A stretch of 64,000 bases of DNA from an uncultured Planctomycetaceae bacterium (GTDB taxonomy: Bacteria > Planctomycetota > Planctomycetia > Planctomycetales > Planctomycetaceae). This document shows, one piece after another, positions 52,287 to 62,789 of this stretch. The notes beneath the pieces were generated by a model. The model had not been told where the DNA came from, did not search any database, and worked only from the letters and a program-made list of their open reading frames with translations. Within the stretch, counting starts at the first letter, position 1; every line of letters starts with the position of its first letter. Position numbers and translations under genes: made by a program. The DNA is taken from assembly GCA_963813715.1 (NCBI GenBank), contig CAWFAK010000007.1, forward strand, positions 896,001 through 960,000, written 5' to 3'.

Positions 52287-52943
52287 TCAGTTGCTCGCTA
52301 CGGCGGCCATGCAAGGCTGCGCTGCCTCAGCTTCCTCTGGCAAAGCCGACGGCTGTGCGAAAGGATCCTCCCGCTTTCGCTTCCGTTCAGGCGTGTTCTT
52401 AGTATGCCTGGCCGGCTTCCGATGGTCAACAATCGCATCAGCAGGAACGTGCTCATTCATCAGCTCCGGTCCAAGATAAAAGCGGCGATCGATTGGAGGC
52501 CTAGCGCCCGGAGTCGGGATGAATTTCCCGAATTTGCTGAAATCAAAAATGGATTCGATGCTGCCATCGGGCAGATACAGAAACCGGAAGGGCCCCGGAG
52601 TGAATCCCATGGGAATGCCATAAAACGGAAATGCGGTGATCATTTTGTCCTGCTGGTCGAGCTCTCGAAGGCGCGCTTTGAGGCTGGCCAAATCTGCAAA
52701 GAGTTCGAGCATTGGCCATTCCCCATCCTCCGAAACGATAAGGCAATAGTCCGCATTAGCCGGTACACGTGGCTGCGTGTCGGCGGTTGGTTTTGCATCA
52801 TCCGGAATGTCGCTCGCCGCAACACCCGTCCTGTCACCTTGCGACAATTCCGCCGGTTTGCACATTTCATTATCAGAACGATCGGGTTTCATCATCGACT
52901 CCCGCAATTCTCGATGTCGGTTTGTATTTCCGATCTGCAACAT
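52287..52943 (-). CDS. Hypothetical protein
   Basis: 218-aa ORF with protein-like composition. Confidence 0.5.
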   Translation of the reverse strand: MLQIGNTNRHRELRESMMKPDRSDNEMCKPAELSQGDRTGVAASDIPDDAKPTADTQPRVPANADYCLIVSEDGEWPMLELFADLASLKARLRELDQQDKMITAFPFYGIPMGFTPGPFRFLYLPDGSIESIFDFSKFGKFIPTPGARPPIDRRFYLGPELMNEHVPADAIVDHRKPARHTKNTPERKRKREDPFAQPSALPEEAEAAQPCMAAVASN

Positions 52944-54165
52944 ACCTGAGAGTCAGTCAGCGCTGAAGGTCAGTTGCGATCAAAGGGCCAGCCGCCTAAT
53001 GGAATCAACCTTGTCGGCTATTAAAGCGCATCCTTCGGATCGCGGTGTCGGTGTTATAGTTTGGCCCCCCCGGGTCTCCGGGGGCCCCGGGGGCCGAGCG
53101 GCACCGAAGCCTTCAAGAAGCGCCAGAACGCGTATCACAGACCGCGGCCCGCCGCGGCCATTTTTGATGTCGCATGAAATAGGGGGGCCTGCCGCAGCGA
53201 GCATTTCCTTGTTGCTGAGCCGACGCTTTGACCCGTTGTTCCTGCAGTCTTCGCAGATCTCCAGTTTTGCCGTTTGATCATCCGTTCCGCTAAATACGTC
53301 CTCCACGCGAGGACTTGTTATTCAGAAGCAATTTCAACGGATGCCGCTGAGATGTTTCACATGCACAAGGTACAACTTCACGGTGTAACCAATGAGAAGA
53401 TTCGAAGAACACGTCGCCTCCCGCACGGTCCCAGTTATCCAGAAGGGATCGCCCTCCCGGTAGTGGGTGCGAGTTGTGTTGGTTTCAGTGCTTGACGGGG
53501 ATGACGAATTCGATGTCAATCCCGGACGGGCGTTGGGACAGTTGAGAGAGCGACATGGCCAACTGGTCATCCAGTCACCGCGTGATTGGGATCCCAAATT
53601 CGACGAACCGGCTCAACACCCTGTTTGGAGAAGTAGGCGAGCCCGTTGGGCAGTTCGAATATCGCCTTTGTGGAAAACGGCGTGCGTGCAAGCCTGGAGA
53701 TAGGCGTGAGCCTGCGCGATTCGCCCCAATTTCGTTTGCTCTGAGGCAGGCCTTGGGCATCTAAACTCCAGTATCCGAGCCGGTAATCGGGAACTCAACC
53801 CTTTTCGCGACACGCCGAAAAACGACCGATAAGTGCCGCCGTCACGGGCACCGGAAACTCATCCGTTTTCGGCAGACGCTCCGCGTGCCGGATTCCCATG
53901 CTTTTTGGCGGAATCGGGCCTCGGGTGGCGAGAGCGGGCGGACGCAGCAAGTTCTCAGCAACGCTGCCCGAGATTCTGAAACGCTCTCTCTCCTGATCAA
54001 CTCCACAACTCCTCGAGCCGCCGGTTCACCTCGTTCGCGGCGGCCGCCCCGCCGATTTCCACTCTCCGTGTCCGAACCAAGGCGACCGTGCAATCTACGC
54101 CCAGTGTGCCTACGATGCGACGATCGCCAAACAACCTGCAGACTTCTGACGGGAAAAGGAAAAGC

Positions 54166-55477
54166 ATGCAGGACGACTTGAAAAGAGTTGTACTGCGCAA
54201 AGTCGCCTGGCGCCTGCTTCCCTTTCTGTTTTTGCTTTACATGGTCAACATCCTGGACCGCATCAACGTCGGTTTCGCCCGCCTGCAAATGCTCGACGAT
54301 CTCCAGATGGGGGAGCGGGCCTACGCGCTGGGAGCCGGCATTTTCTACATCGGCTACCTCATTTTCGAGATCCCCAGCAACCTGATTCTGAGCCGCGTCG
54401 GCGCCCGGCGCTGGATCGGACGCATCTTGATCAGCTGGGGGCTGATCTCGGCGGCCATGATGGCCGCGCGCGGCCCCTGGAGTTTTTATCTGCTCCGCGT
54501 CTTGCTTGGCTTCGCGGAGGCGGGCTTCTTTCCGGGAATCATCCTGTATTTGACCTACTGGTTTCCGGCCCGCGAGAGGGCCAGGGCGGTCTCTTTATTC
54601 ATGACCGGCTCCCCCATCACAAGCATTGTCGGTGCTCCGCTCTCGGGAGGGGATCCTTCAGTATTTGGATCGAGTCGGCGGCCTGCGAGGCTGGCAGTGG
54701 CTGTTCCTTCTGGAGGGAATCCCCGCAATCGTCCTGGGCGTGATCAGCATGTGTTACCTCACGGATCGGCCCGAAAAGGCACACTGGCTGGATGAGGAGG
54801 AACGCAATTGGCTGACCGCGCAAGTCAGCGGCGAAGAGACGTCCCGCCAGCAGCGTCACGGGCTGACCTTGTGGCAGGCCGCATTCGACCGCCGCGTCTG
54901 GATTTTGACGCTGCTTTATTTTACGGTCGCAGGCGCCAGCAACAGCTTGGGCTTCTATTTGCCGAAGTTCGTTCAAATCGGTTTTCCGAATCTGGCCGAA
55001 TTTCGGATTGGCTTGCTCGTCGTCATCCCGAGCCTCTGTGCCGTTCCGTGCATGGTTCTCAACGGCATGCACTCGGACTGGACCGGCGAACGCCGGTGGC
55101 ACGTCGCGATCCCGGCTTTGATCGGCGCCGCGGGGTGGGGCCTGGCGGCCTGGTTGAAATTCCCCGCGCTCTACCTCTTCGCTTTCGCGCTTGCGCAGAT
55201 GGGAATCATGAGCGTCTTGCCGACGTTCTGGTCGCTCCCGACAGCATTCCTGAGCGGCGCGGCCGCAGCGGGAGGGATCGCCTTGATCAACTCAGTCGGC
55301 AACCTGGGAGGGTTCTTCGGACCCAATTTGATTGGGCAACTCCAGGCCAGCACGGGGAGTTTTTCACCCGGCATGCTGGCGGTCGCCGCAACTCTGGTGA
55401 TCGGCGCTGTGCTGGCCCTCTGCGTTCGAGATGATGACGCCAAACCGGCGAAGTCCGTCGACCCGCATCGCGTCTGA
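54166..55477 (+). CDS. MFS transporter, anion:cation symporter type (frameshift ~54650)
   Basis: LDRINVGFA, FEIPSN, GARRWI, EAGFFPG, WQWLFLLEGIP, INSVGNLGGF. Confidence 0.9.
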
Positions 55478-55698
55478 GAAAACGTCCAACGAGCGTCGTT
55501 CGCCCCTTTTCGAACTGGCAACGGGCCTGAGGGCGACCTTTGACGTTGTCGAAGTCGTCTGCCCGAATCACCGAGTTGCGGGTCGGGTTCCGGGAGAATT
55601 GGGAGCGGTTTCACGGCGAGACGTCATCGGTGGCAATCGCTCGTCGTTAGACCAAAAAGCGACGGGAACCAATCATCACTTCTTGGAGGAACGTGCCC

Positions 55699-56448
55699 AT
55701 GCCCCGCCGTGACGTCACCATCGCGACTCGTGACGGAATCTGTCCGGCTTCAGTCTTTACCCCTGGCGACATCGTGGGTCCCTGGCCTGCCGTGATCTTC
55801 TTCATGGACGGTCTCGGGATCCGCCCCGTCATGTGGGAGATGGGCCAGAGTCTGGCGGATCATGGTTATCTGGTGCTGCTGCCCGATCTCTATTACCGCC
55901 TGGGGAGTTATCCGCCGAAGGTTTCCTCTCAGGTGTTGGCCGACCCAAAATTACGCGAAGAATTAATGAAATGCGTCAGTAGCCTGGATCGTGACCGGAG
56001 GATTTCCGACGCGGCCGCCTTCCTCGAATTTCTGTCATCCCGACCCGAGGTGAAAGGTAATCGATTCGGTGCCACGGGATATTGCATGGGTGGTAACGCT
56101 TCCTTGACTGCGGCCGGTGCGTTCCCGGATCGATTTGCGGCGATCGCGTCGTTCCACGGCGGCAATTTGGCCACGGACAAGCCTGATAGCCCTCATCTCT
56201 TCGTGGGAAGAATAACGGGCCGCGTCTATGTTGCCGGTGCAGTCGAGGACGCGTCATTCCCCGAAGAACAGAGGAGCCGACTCGAAAAGGCGTTGACCGA
56301 CGCGGGGGTGGACCATTTGGTCGAGACTTATCCTGCGCGTCATGGCTTCGCAGTTTCGGATCTTCCCTCGTTCGACCAGGCCGCCGCCAAGCGCCACTGG
56401 GCGGCGTTGTTTAGACTCTTCGACGAGACGTTTGCTCTCGAACTTTAA
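55699..56448 (+). CDS. Dienelactone hydrolase family
   Basis: PDLYYR, GYCMGG, SFHGG, HGF. Confidence 0.95.
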   Translation: MPRRDVTIATRDGICPASVFTPGDIVGPWPAVIFFMDGLGIRPVMWEMGQSLADHGYLVLLPDLYYRLGSYPPKVSSQVLADPKLREELMKCVSSLDRDRRISDAAAFLEFLSSRPEVKGNRFGATGYCMGGNASLTAAGAFPDRFAAIASFHGGNLATDKPDSPHLFVGRITGRVYVAGAVEDASFPEEQRSRLEKALTDAGVDHLVETYPARHGFAVSDLPSFDQAAAKRHWAALFRLFDETFALEL

Positions 56449-56757
56449 GTAAAGTCGCCTCACGCCTCGCCCCGGTTTGACCGGGCCGCGAAGTTCAGCT
56501 TTGCTAGCTGTGGCAGGTGAATTTGGTCGTCACACACGGTGCTCTCCCGTAATCTCAATGCTTTTGACGGACACGCCATCAAAGGACCCAATTCCGAGAG
56601 TGCGTGGCTTTTTTGCGGACTCCACTGCTCGCTGGGCAGTGATTGACGCACTCTCTCTATTTCGGCTCGGGTCACGTCGGCCAATTTGCCCGTTGCGGTG
56701 CGGGTAGGTGTGCCGTTAGCATCGAACTCGGCCGACTCCCCACGCAGAGTTTGCAAG

Positions 56758-57201
56758 ATGCAAGCGTCCTTCACCGTCATTTCTGGGCCGTTTCGCGGAC
56801 AGACGTTCCAAGTTCCGCGTGGCAAGTTCATTCTCGGCCGCGAGACCGATTGCCACCTGGTGCTCGACTCGAACTCGGTCAGCCGGCATCACTGCGTGCT
56901 GTTGATGGACGACTACACGCTGAGAATCCGCGATCTGGCCAGCAAGAACGGGATCTTTGTCAACAGAGATCAGACCCGAACTGGCGAGCGGATCTTGTCC
57001 CACGGCGACACCGTCCGAGTGGGAGACATGGTCATCCGGATCGAGTTGGAATCGGGCACCGCATCAACGCCAGTGGACACACTTGAAACGCAGGACGTTA
57101 GGCCCGAGACGGTCGATCACGCTGACCATGCTCCAGCGAAGCCCGCCGTCGATCAGCCGATATCGGCTGAGGCATCGCAGAAAGCTGCGAGGGAAGCGTG
57201 A
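56758..57201 (+). CDS. FHA domain protein
   Basis: LGRETDC..VSRHH..RDLASKNG. Confidence 0.9.
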   Translation: MQASFTVISGPFRGQTFQVPRGKFILGRETDCHLVLDSNSVSRHHCVLLMDDYTLRIRDLASKNGIFVNRDQTRTGERILSHGDTVRVGDMVIRIELESGTASTPVDTLETQDVRPETVDHADHAPAKPAVDQPISAEASQKAAREA

Positions 57202-57438
57202 CAGGGTAATGACTCGACTCGTTTCGTGAGTGCCTCTTTCCAGCTCGCCGGCCGTCACGAGAGCCGATTAGGTCACGCGCGACTTCATTCGCACAATTGG
57301 GAACGGCGATGTCGGGGGGCGCATCCTCACGGGCTCTGTTTGGACATGATGTCCATTGAATCACACGAACCGAGACGCCCGCGGCATTGTCGGCGCCGCG
57401 AGTCGCGAGTGGCGTCGAGACGTTCGTCGCCCGGCTAG

Positions 57439-57556
57439 AACGCTTGCCTAGAGATCCCACAAGCCCCTGGGGTGGATCTCCGAGCTGTTCACCCGAGGGA
57501 AGTGCCTGGTAGCGCGACGAGCCTCACCGCGGGGCGCTAATGCGGCCAAAGAGCCC
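57439..57556. repeat. ~115-nt structured repeat, copy 1
   Basis: Closely similar to 60136-60251. Confidence 0.8.
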
Positions 57557-57632
57557 GACGCCCGTCGAAGTTGCAGGTCGTCGCGGACGAGGTCAACCGG
57601 CAGGCGCACGTGATTTCAGCGAGTGGCCCGGC

Positions 57633-59036
57633 CTAATTCCGCGCGAGCAACTCGTGCAGCGGCTCGGCATCGACGAGTATGTGGGGACGGCTCAGATTGT
57701 CGTGGAGGACGGTTCGCGGTGCGATCGCCATGCTGTGATAGAGCGTGGCGATGATCTGTTGCGGAGAGACCGGAGTGGAAGCCGGGAAGGCCGCAAGCCT
57801 GTCTGAAGAACCGTAGACTTGGCCTCCGCGGATGCCGCCGCCGGCAACGACAACGCTGAAACACTGTGGCCAGTGATCTCGGCCTCCGGCACTGTTAAAC
57901 CGAGGAGTTCGGCCAAACTCCCCCGTGCAAATGACCATGGTTTCCTCGAGCAGGCCGCGATCGTGCAAGTCTTCCAGAAGCGCCGCCAGCGCACGATCGG
58001 TGGGAGGCAAAAGTTCGGTGCGAGCCCAAGCGAGGTGATCGCGATGACTGTCAAATCCCTGGCCACCTTGTCCCTTGTCGTGCCGGACCCAGTTCACCTG
58101 CACCAGGCGCACGCCGGCTTCGATGAGACGACGAGCCACGAGCGTTGACTGTCCAAAGACGTGATGTCCGTACCGGTCGCGGACGGAAGCCGGCTCATGC
58201 GAGATGTCAAAAGCTCGTTGAGCCGACGCCGATGCGACCAGATCGAAGGCTCTGACGTAATAGGGGTCCAATTCTCGCGACGCCGCAGACGCTTCCAGAT
58301 AGCGCGCGTGCCGGTCGATGGATTTCAGCAATTGATACCGTGCTGAAAGCCGCGCCGCCGGCATTCCCGACGGCGGTTTGAGCGGCCCTGGGGAAAAGTC
58401 GGGACGGTTGGGATCGCTGTTAATCCGATAAGGGTCGTACGCCGCGCCCAGGAACCCGGCGTGTTGACCGGCGCGTTCGGGGCCGTTGGGCGCAATGGCT
58501 TCGGGGAGCAAAACAAAGGGCGGCATTCCGCGCGATGACCCGAGGACATAGTGCAGGACCGAACCGGGATTTGGGCGGTCGAGCCGGCTCATGAAGCGGG
58601 CGTCAGCCAGCGGCCGCTCAAAGCGGGAGCCGACCATCATCCAATAGGCGGCTGAAGGATGGGTCGAATCGGAGTGCGAGACTGAACGCAGGATGCAGAA
58701 CTTGTCTGCGTTGCGAGCCAATCGAGGCAGATGTTCGCTGATTCGGATTCCCGGTTGATTCGTGGCAATCGGCTCAAAACTGCCGCGAATCTCGCGCGGA
58801 GCATCGGGCTTAAGGTCCCACATGTCGAGTTGGGAGGGCCCACCGGAGAGGAAAAGCACGATCGCCGACTTCGCGCGGGGTGCGTTTCTGGAAGAGACGG
58901 CGACTGGACGCTGCGATTCCGCCCGCAAGAGTCGCGGTAGACTCAAGCCGGCCAGCGACAGCCCACCAGCCCGCAACGCTTCACGCCGCGTGACCCCATC
59001 ACAGGTCTGAGTGCATCCGTAAAGCAGACGGAGCAT
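57633..59036 (-). CDS. DUF1501 protein
   Basis: RREAL, GGPSQLDMWDLKP, RRLIEAGV, GEFGRTP, GRDHW. Confidence 0.95.
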   Translation of the reverse strand: MLRLLYGCTQTCDGVTRREALRAGGLSLAGLSLPRLLRAESQRPVAVSSRNAPRAKSAIVLFLSGGPSQLDMWDLKPDAPREIRGSFEPIATNQPGIRISEHLPRLARNADKFCILRSVSHSDSTHPSAAYWMMVGSRFERPLADARFMSRLDRPNPGSVLHYVLGSSRGMPPFVLLPEAIAPNGPERAGQHAGFLGAAYDPYRINSDPNRPDFSPGPLKPPSGMPAARLSARYQLLKSIDRHARYLEASAASRELDPYYVRAFDLVASASAQRAFDISHEPASVRDRYGHHVFGQSTLVARRLIEAGVRLVQVNWVRHDKGQGGQGFDSHRDHLAWARTELLPPTDRALAALLEDLHDRGLLEETMVICTGEFGRTPRFNSAGGRDHWPQCFSVVVAGGGIRGGQVYGSSDRLAAFPASTPVSPQQIIATLYHSMAIAPRTVLHDNLSRPHILVDAEPLHELLARN

Positions 59037-59259
59037 GACGACAGCCAGCACAATCGGAGACGAACATGTTCGTGCGTCGCCCCTGACCAACAGACCTTGT
59101 CGCAGGAACCTGTTCAGGGGGCGCTTCCAGGCCGTGAAAACCATCCTATCCACCGCGATGACTAGCTGAAAGTCCGGCGCGCTCTCCGTCGGCGACCGGC
59201 GGATCTCGGTGATCGTCCGTTGCATTGGTAAAGGCTGCTTCGGCTCTTTTGTCAGTCTT

Positions 59260-59712
59260 TTACGCGCCCAAGGTAGCAAGAGCCTGCCGGACATGTTCGT
59301 CCGAAGCGAATTGCGCTGAGAAGATGTGTTGAATGATCCCTTCTCTATCAATGACGTAGGTGACGCGTCCCGGAAAGAGCCCCATTGTTTTCGGAACCGC
59401 AAAGGCCTTGCGGAGCGACCCGTCCGCATCGCTGATCAACGGAAACGACAGCTTGTATTGCCGCGCGAATGCACGGTGCCGTTCATCGGAATCCGCGCTG
59501 ACGCCAATCACGTCGGCCCCGGCGGCCGCGAATTGTTCGTACGAATCGCGAAATGCGCAAGCTTCCTTTGTACAAATCGGAGTGCCGTCCTTGGGGTAAA
59601 AGAAAAGCACCAACCCGCGTTTGCCCAGATAGTCAGACAGGCGGATCCGTTTCCCGTCGTGGGTCGTTGCTGAAAAGTCCGGCGCGCGATCGCCAAGTTG
59701 AAGTCGTGTCAT
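59260..59712 (-). CDS. bcp: Peroxiredoxin BCP/PrxQ
   Basis: FYPKDGTPICTKEACAFRD. Confidence 0.9.
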   Translation of the reverse strand: MTRLQLGDRAPDFSATTHDGKRIRLSDYLGKRGLVLFFYPKDGTPICTKEACAFRDSYEQFAAAGADVIGVSADSDERHRAFARQYKLSFPLISDADGSLRKAFAVPKTMGLFPGRVTYVIDREGIIQHIFSAQFASDEHVRQALATLGA

Positions 59713-60135
59713 GATCGTTGCCCATTTTAAGGCGTACTGGGTTCGGATCCACTCGCAGTCCCCGCCGGCGCTCAGGGGCGTCGGTTTCTCCCGCCGCGCC
59801 GGCGCATCAATGACCACAAACACGCAATTGGAAACACACGGGTCGCGCAGGGTCTAAGCCAGGATGCCCGCGTCGGTGGATTTGCGGACACGATGTCCAA
59901 CCGGCTGGTGGGCGCCTTGTCACGGCGGCGAGGCCCAGCGATTACGCTCTGCTGTGCCTTCCAGCCTCCCGAGGCCACGTCCCTGGGGTCACACAGCCGG
60001 GGCTCGGCGCGATTTTCGGGGTCTGCAAGCGTTTCTTTTTGCCTGGATGGCTCAACAGTCGCCCAGAGGGCCGACGACGCGAAATGCGCGTCCAAAATCG
60101 GCGCCGGCCGCACCGTTGTGGACCGAATGAGCCAA

Positions 60136-60251
60136 AACGCTTGCCTTGAGATCCACAGAGGCGCTGGGTGGATCTCCGAGCTGTTCACCTGAGGGAAGTG
60201 CCTGGTAGCGTGACGAGCCTCGCAGCGGGGCGCTGATGCGGCCAAGAGCCC
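60136..60251. repeat. ~115-nt structured repeat, copy 2
   Basis: Closely similar to 57439-57556. Confidence 0.8.
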
Positions 60252-60272
60252 ATGGTACGCCCCTGGATTGTC

Positions 60273-61637
60273 CTAGCCGAGTTCCGGAATCGGCTTAGCG
60301 TGGTCTTCGACGAGGTACTGCGGGCGGCCGTTGAGGTCCTGGAGCGTTGTTTGTGACGCATCGATCCCGAGGTGATGAAACAGAGTGGCGTAAACTTCTC
60401 CGAATGTGACGGGGCGAGAGACCGCTTCGCCGGCGATCCGATCGGTCGCGCCAATGACCTGACCAGTCCGCATTCCCCCGCCGGCCAGCAAGGCGAAGTT
60501 GACCTGTGGCCAGTGATCGCGGCCGGCTTGCGGACTGATCTTCGGCGTGCGGCCGAACTCGCCGCAAACGACCACGGCGCACTCCTTGTCGAGTCCGCGC
60601 TGGTGCAGATCCTCGACGAGCGCGCTCAAACATTGGTCGAATACGGGAAAATCCTCCGCCTCGCGCGAGAAGATGCTGCCATAGGATCCACCGTGCCAGT
60701 CCCACTTGCTGTAGTTGAGCGTCACCACACGGGCTCCGGCTTCGATGAGCCGGCGAGCCAGCAACAGGCTTTGCGGAACGCGCGGGGCCCCGTTGCCGTC
60801 GATGAAGACGTTCGGGTCGCCTGTGCCATAGCGTGCGCGGACTCGCGGGTCTTCTTTCGAGATGTCAAGCGCCTCGGCCAGGCGGGACGATGTCAAAAGG
60901 CCCATCGCCTGCTCGGTGAAATGATCGATCGCGTGCATTGTTCGGGAGAGGTCGGCGTCACGACGGAACTGGTCGAAGCTTCCCATTAGCGACCGGCGCT
61001 CGGCCAGACGTTCGAGCGTGACACCGTGCAGAACCATATCTTGCCGCGTCGGCCCCATCGGGCGAAACGGCGAATGAGCCGCGCCTAAAAACCCGGGGCC
61101 CGGTTCGTTGTAAGGCGGATGAGAACAGGGATAACAGAGACTGACAAACGGCGGCGTCGCGCTGTCGGCCGGGCCTTGCAGCCGGGCCACGGCTGAACCG
61201 AACTGCGGCCAACCTCCCGACGGAGCGGCCTTGCCCGGATGATGACCGTTGAATACCTGGACGGCGTCGTGATCGGACTGATTTCCGACGAGCGAGCGGA
61301 TCACGGCAAATTTATCGGCCATCTTCGCCAGCCGCGGAAATGCTTCGCAAATCTCGAATCCGGGCACGTTCGTCGCGATCGGCCGCCAAGGGCCGGCAAC
61401 TTCTTTTGGCGCCAGGGGCTTCAGGTCGAACATGTCCTGGTGGGGCGGCCCACCGACCAGGTAGATCATGATCACCGACTTGATCGAACGACCGGCCCCG
61501 GCCGCGGCCTCCCCCCCCAAGAGTTGGGGCAGCGTCAGGCCGCCGATGCCCAGCGTCCCGATCTTGAGGAAATTCCGCCGCGTCAACCGATCGCAGAACG
61601 AAGGTCCCGGAAATGGTCGACCCTGCAGCGTCAGCAT
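60273..61637 (-). CDS. DUF1501 protein
   Basis: RRNFL, GGPPHQDMFDLKP, WDWH, GEFGRTP, GRDHW. Confidence 0.95.
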   Translation of the reverse strand: MLTLQGRPFPGPSFCDRLTRRNFLKIGTLGIGGLTLPQLLGGEAAAGAGRSIKSVIMIYLVGGPPHQDMFDLKPLAPKEVAGPWRPIATNVPGFEICEAFPRLAKMADKFAVIRSLVGNQSDHDAVQVFNGHHPGKAAPSGGWPQFGSAVARLQGPADSATPPFVSLCYPCSHPPYNEPGPGFLGAAHSPFRPMGPTRQDMVLHGVTLERLAERRSLMGSFDQFRRDADLSRTMHAIDHFTEQAMGLLTSSRLAEALDISKEDPRVRARYGTGDPNVFIDGNGAPRVPQSLLLARRLIEAGARVVTLNYSKWDWHGGSYGSIFSREAEDFPVFDQCLSALVEDLHQRGLDKECAVVVCGEFGRTPKISPQAGRDHWPQVNFALLAGGGMRTGQVIGATDRIAGEAVSRPVTFGEVYATLFHHLGIDASQTTLQDLNGRPQYLVEDHAKPIPELG

Positions 61638-62789
61638 GCACGAGGCTCCGAATGCCGGCGAACGGAATGCGTCGGAGTTTCGAGCGTCCGTTCTCCTCGG
61701 ACCCCGACGCGGGATGAGATTAGCAAAACGCTGGGCCGGGGCAAAGCGCGACGCCGGCCGTCGAATGGCAGGATGCGAAGGGAATCAGTCAGACTTCGAC
61801 GCCTGCCGTTTGGCGCGTTGCCATTCCCACGGCGGCACCGGATTCGGTTCAGCCCACAGCCCCCGCCGATGCTCCGTCGCCGAAAAACAGAATGGCGACG
61901 TCGATTCGCTGACGCCAATTCCGCGTGCTGGCTCCGCCGCAGCGAGCGGAGTGCTCGAACGGGTCCGACTCCGTCGTCGCGCGGCACTGTCCGTTCTGGC
62001 ATGCGTCGCCTTGATCGTGGTCGCGACGTTGTTTTGTTTCTCAATTCTTCACGTCGGACCAACCTCTGGTTCAGCAGATGTTGACGCTCACGCGAGTGCG
62101 GAACCGCGCGTGCGATTTCCAGCTTCTCGCGGTCCTGTCCGGTCCGCTCCGAAACCAGACTATTGCGCGGCTAGGCCGGAAAGTCGAACCAGATGCCTCT
62201 GACAAGGTATGCTTCTGCCGTGCGCCAAGCGAGGCCCAGCGAGCGAGTGCCGGAAAACTCTGCAATGAGATGATTGAAGTATTCTCGTTCACGGACGTGA
62301 GGAAGATCGTAGAACAGACATAAATCCAGCAGGGACCAACAAAATCCGGCGGCCGCGCGGTCTCTTTTGGGTTCTCGGCAGAGAAGCCGTCGCAGAGTGC
62401 ACGGGAAAAGAAGCCCTAATGTGATCGGGCTTAACCAGGTACGAGCGGCTCGAAGAGGGGATCAACCAGATTCAGAACTCGCCGGCCGACGCCGGTTTCG
62501 TCTTCTTCGACTTCAAGAACCTGATCGACCACCGGCGTGCGTGGCCGCTTACGAACGAGGAGGCTACCTGCGCAAGGCCCACGAGCCCAGGTTCGGAAGC
62601 TGGCGTGATCCTGGCCCCGTGCTGCGCCAGCTCGAGGACGTAATGAACACCCGCTGGGGCGACTGCGTCGAGTACAACGGGGCGGAGAACATGGCCCGGT
62701 TGTTCACGGACAGGAAGTCGATGTTCGGTGCGGCGGCCTACATAACGACCGCCCCTCGATCACGACTTCGACAGGTCGGCTCATCGGCG

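Larger units (their letters stand above)
41925..53100. mobile_element. Integrative, satellite-like element next to tRNA-Arg (right end uncertain)
   Basis: Integrase, DUF1580, P4/D5 primase-helicase, Toprim, ParB; no capsid or tail genes; attR not found. Confidence 0.7.

Noticed and set aside
52950..54100. attR duplicate of the tRNA-Arg 3' end
   Set aside because: No copy of GTTCGAATCCCTCCGAGTGCA found by eye; the element boundary is left approximate.
6611..55477. Many split genes (PLD, SBP56, kinase, DinB, lipase, rtcB, integrase, MFS) as pseudogenes or programmed frameshifts
   Set aside because: Single indels are spread evenly over unrelated genes with intact motifs and I saw no slippery sites, so assembly error is more likely; reads are needed to confirm.
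57439..60251. Repeat as a twister or glmS ribozyme or fluoride riboswitch
   Set aside because: Only short motif similarities (TRATGC, GACGAG); the required P1 and pseudoknot partners could not be built.
61640..62780. ORFs between DUF1501 and the M61 peptidase
   Set aside because: No recognisable domain or consistent frame; possibly gene remnants.
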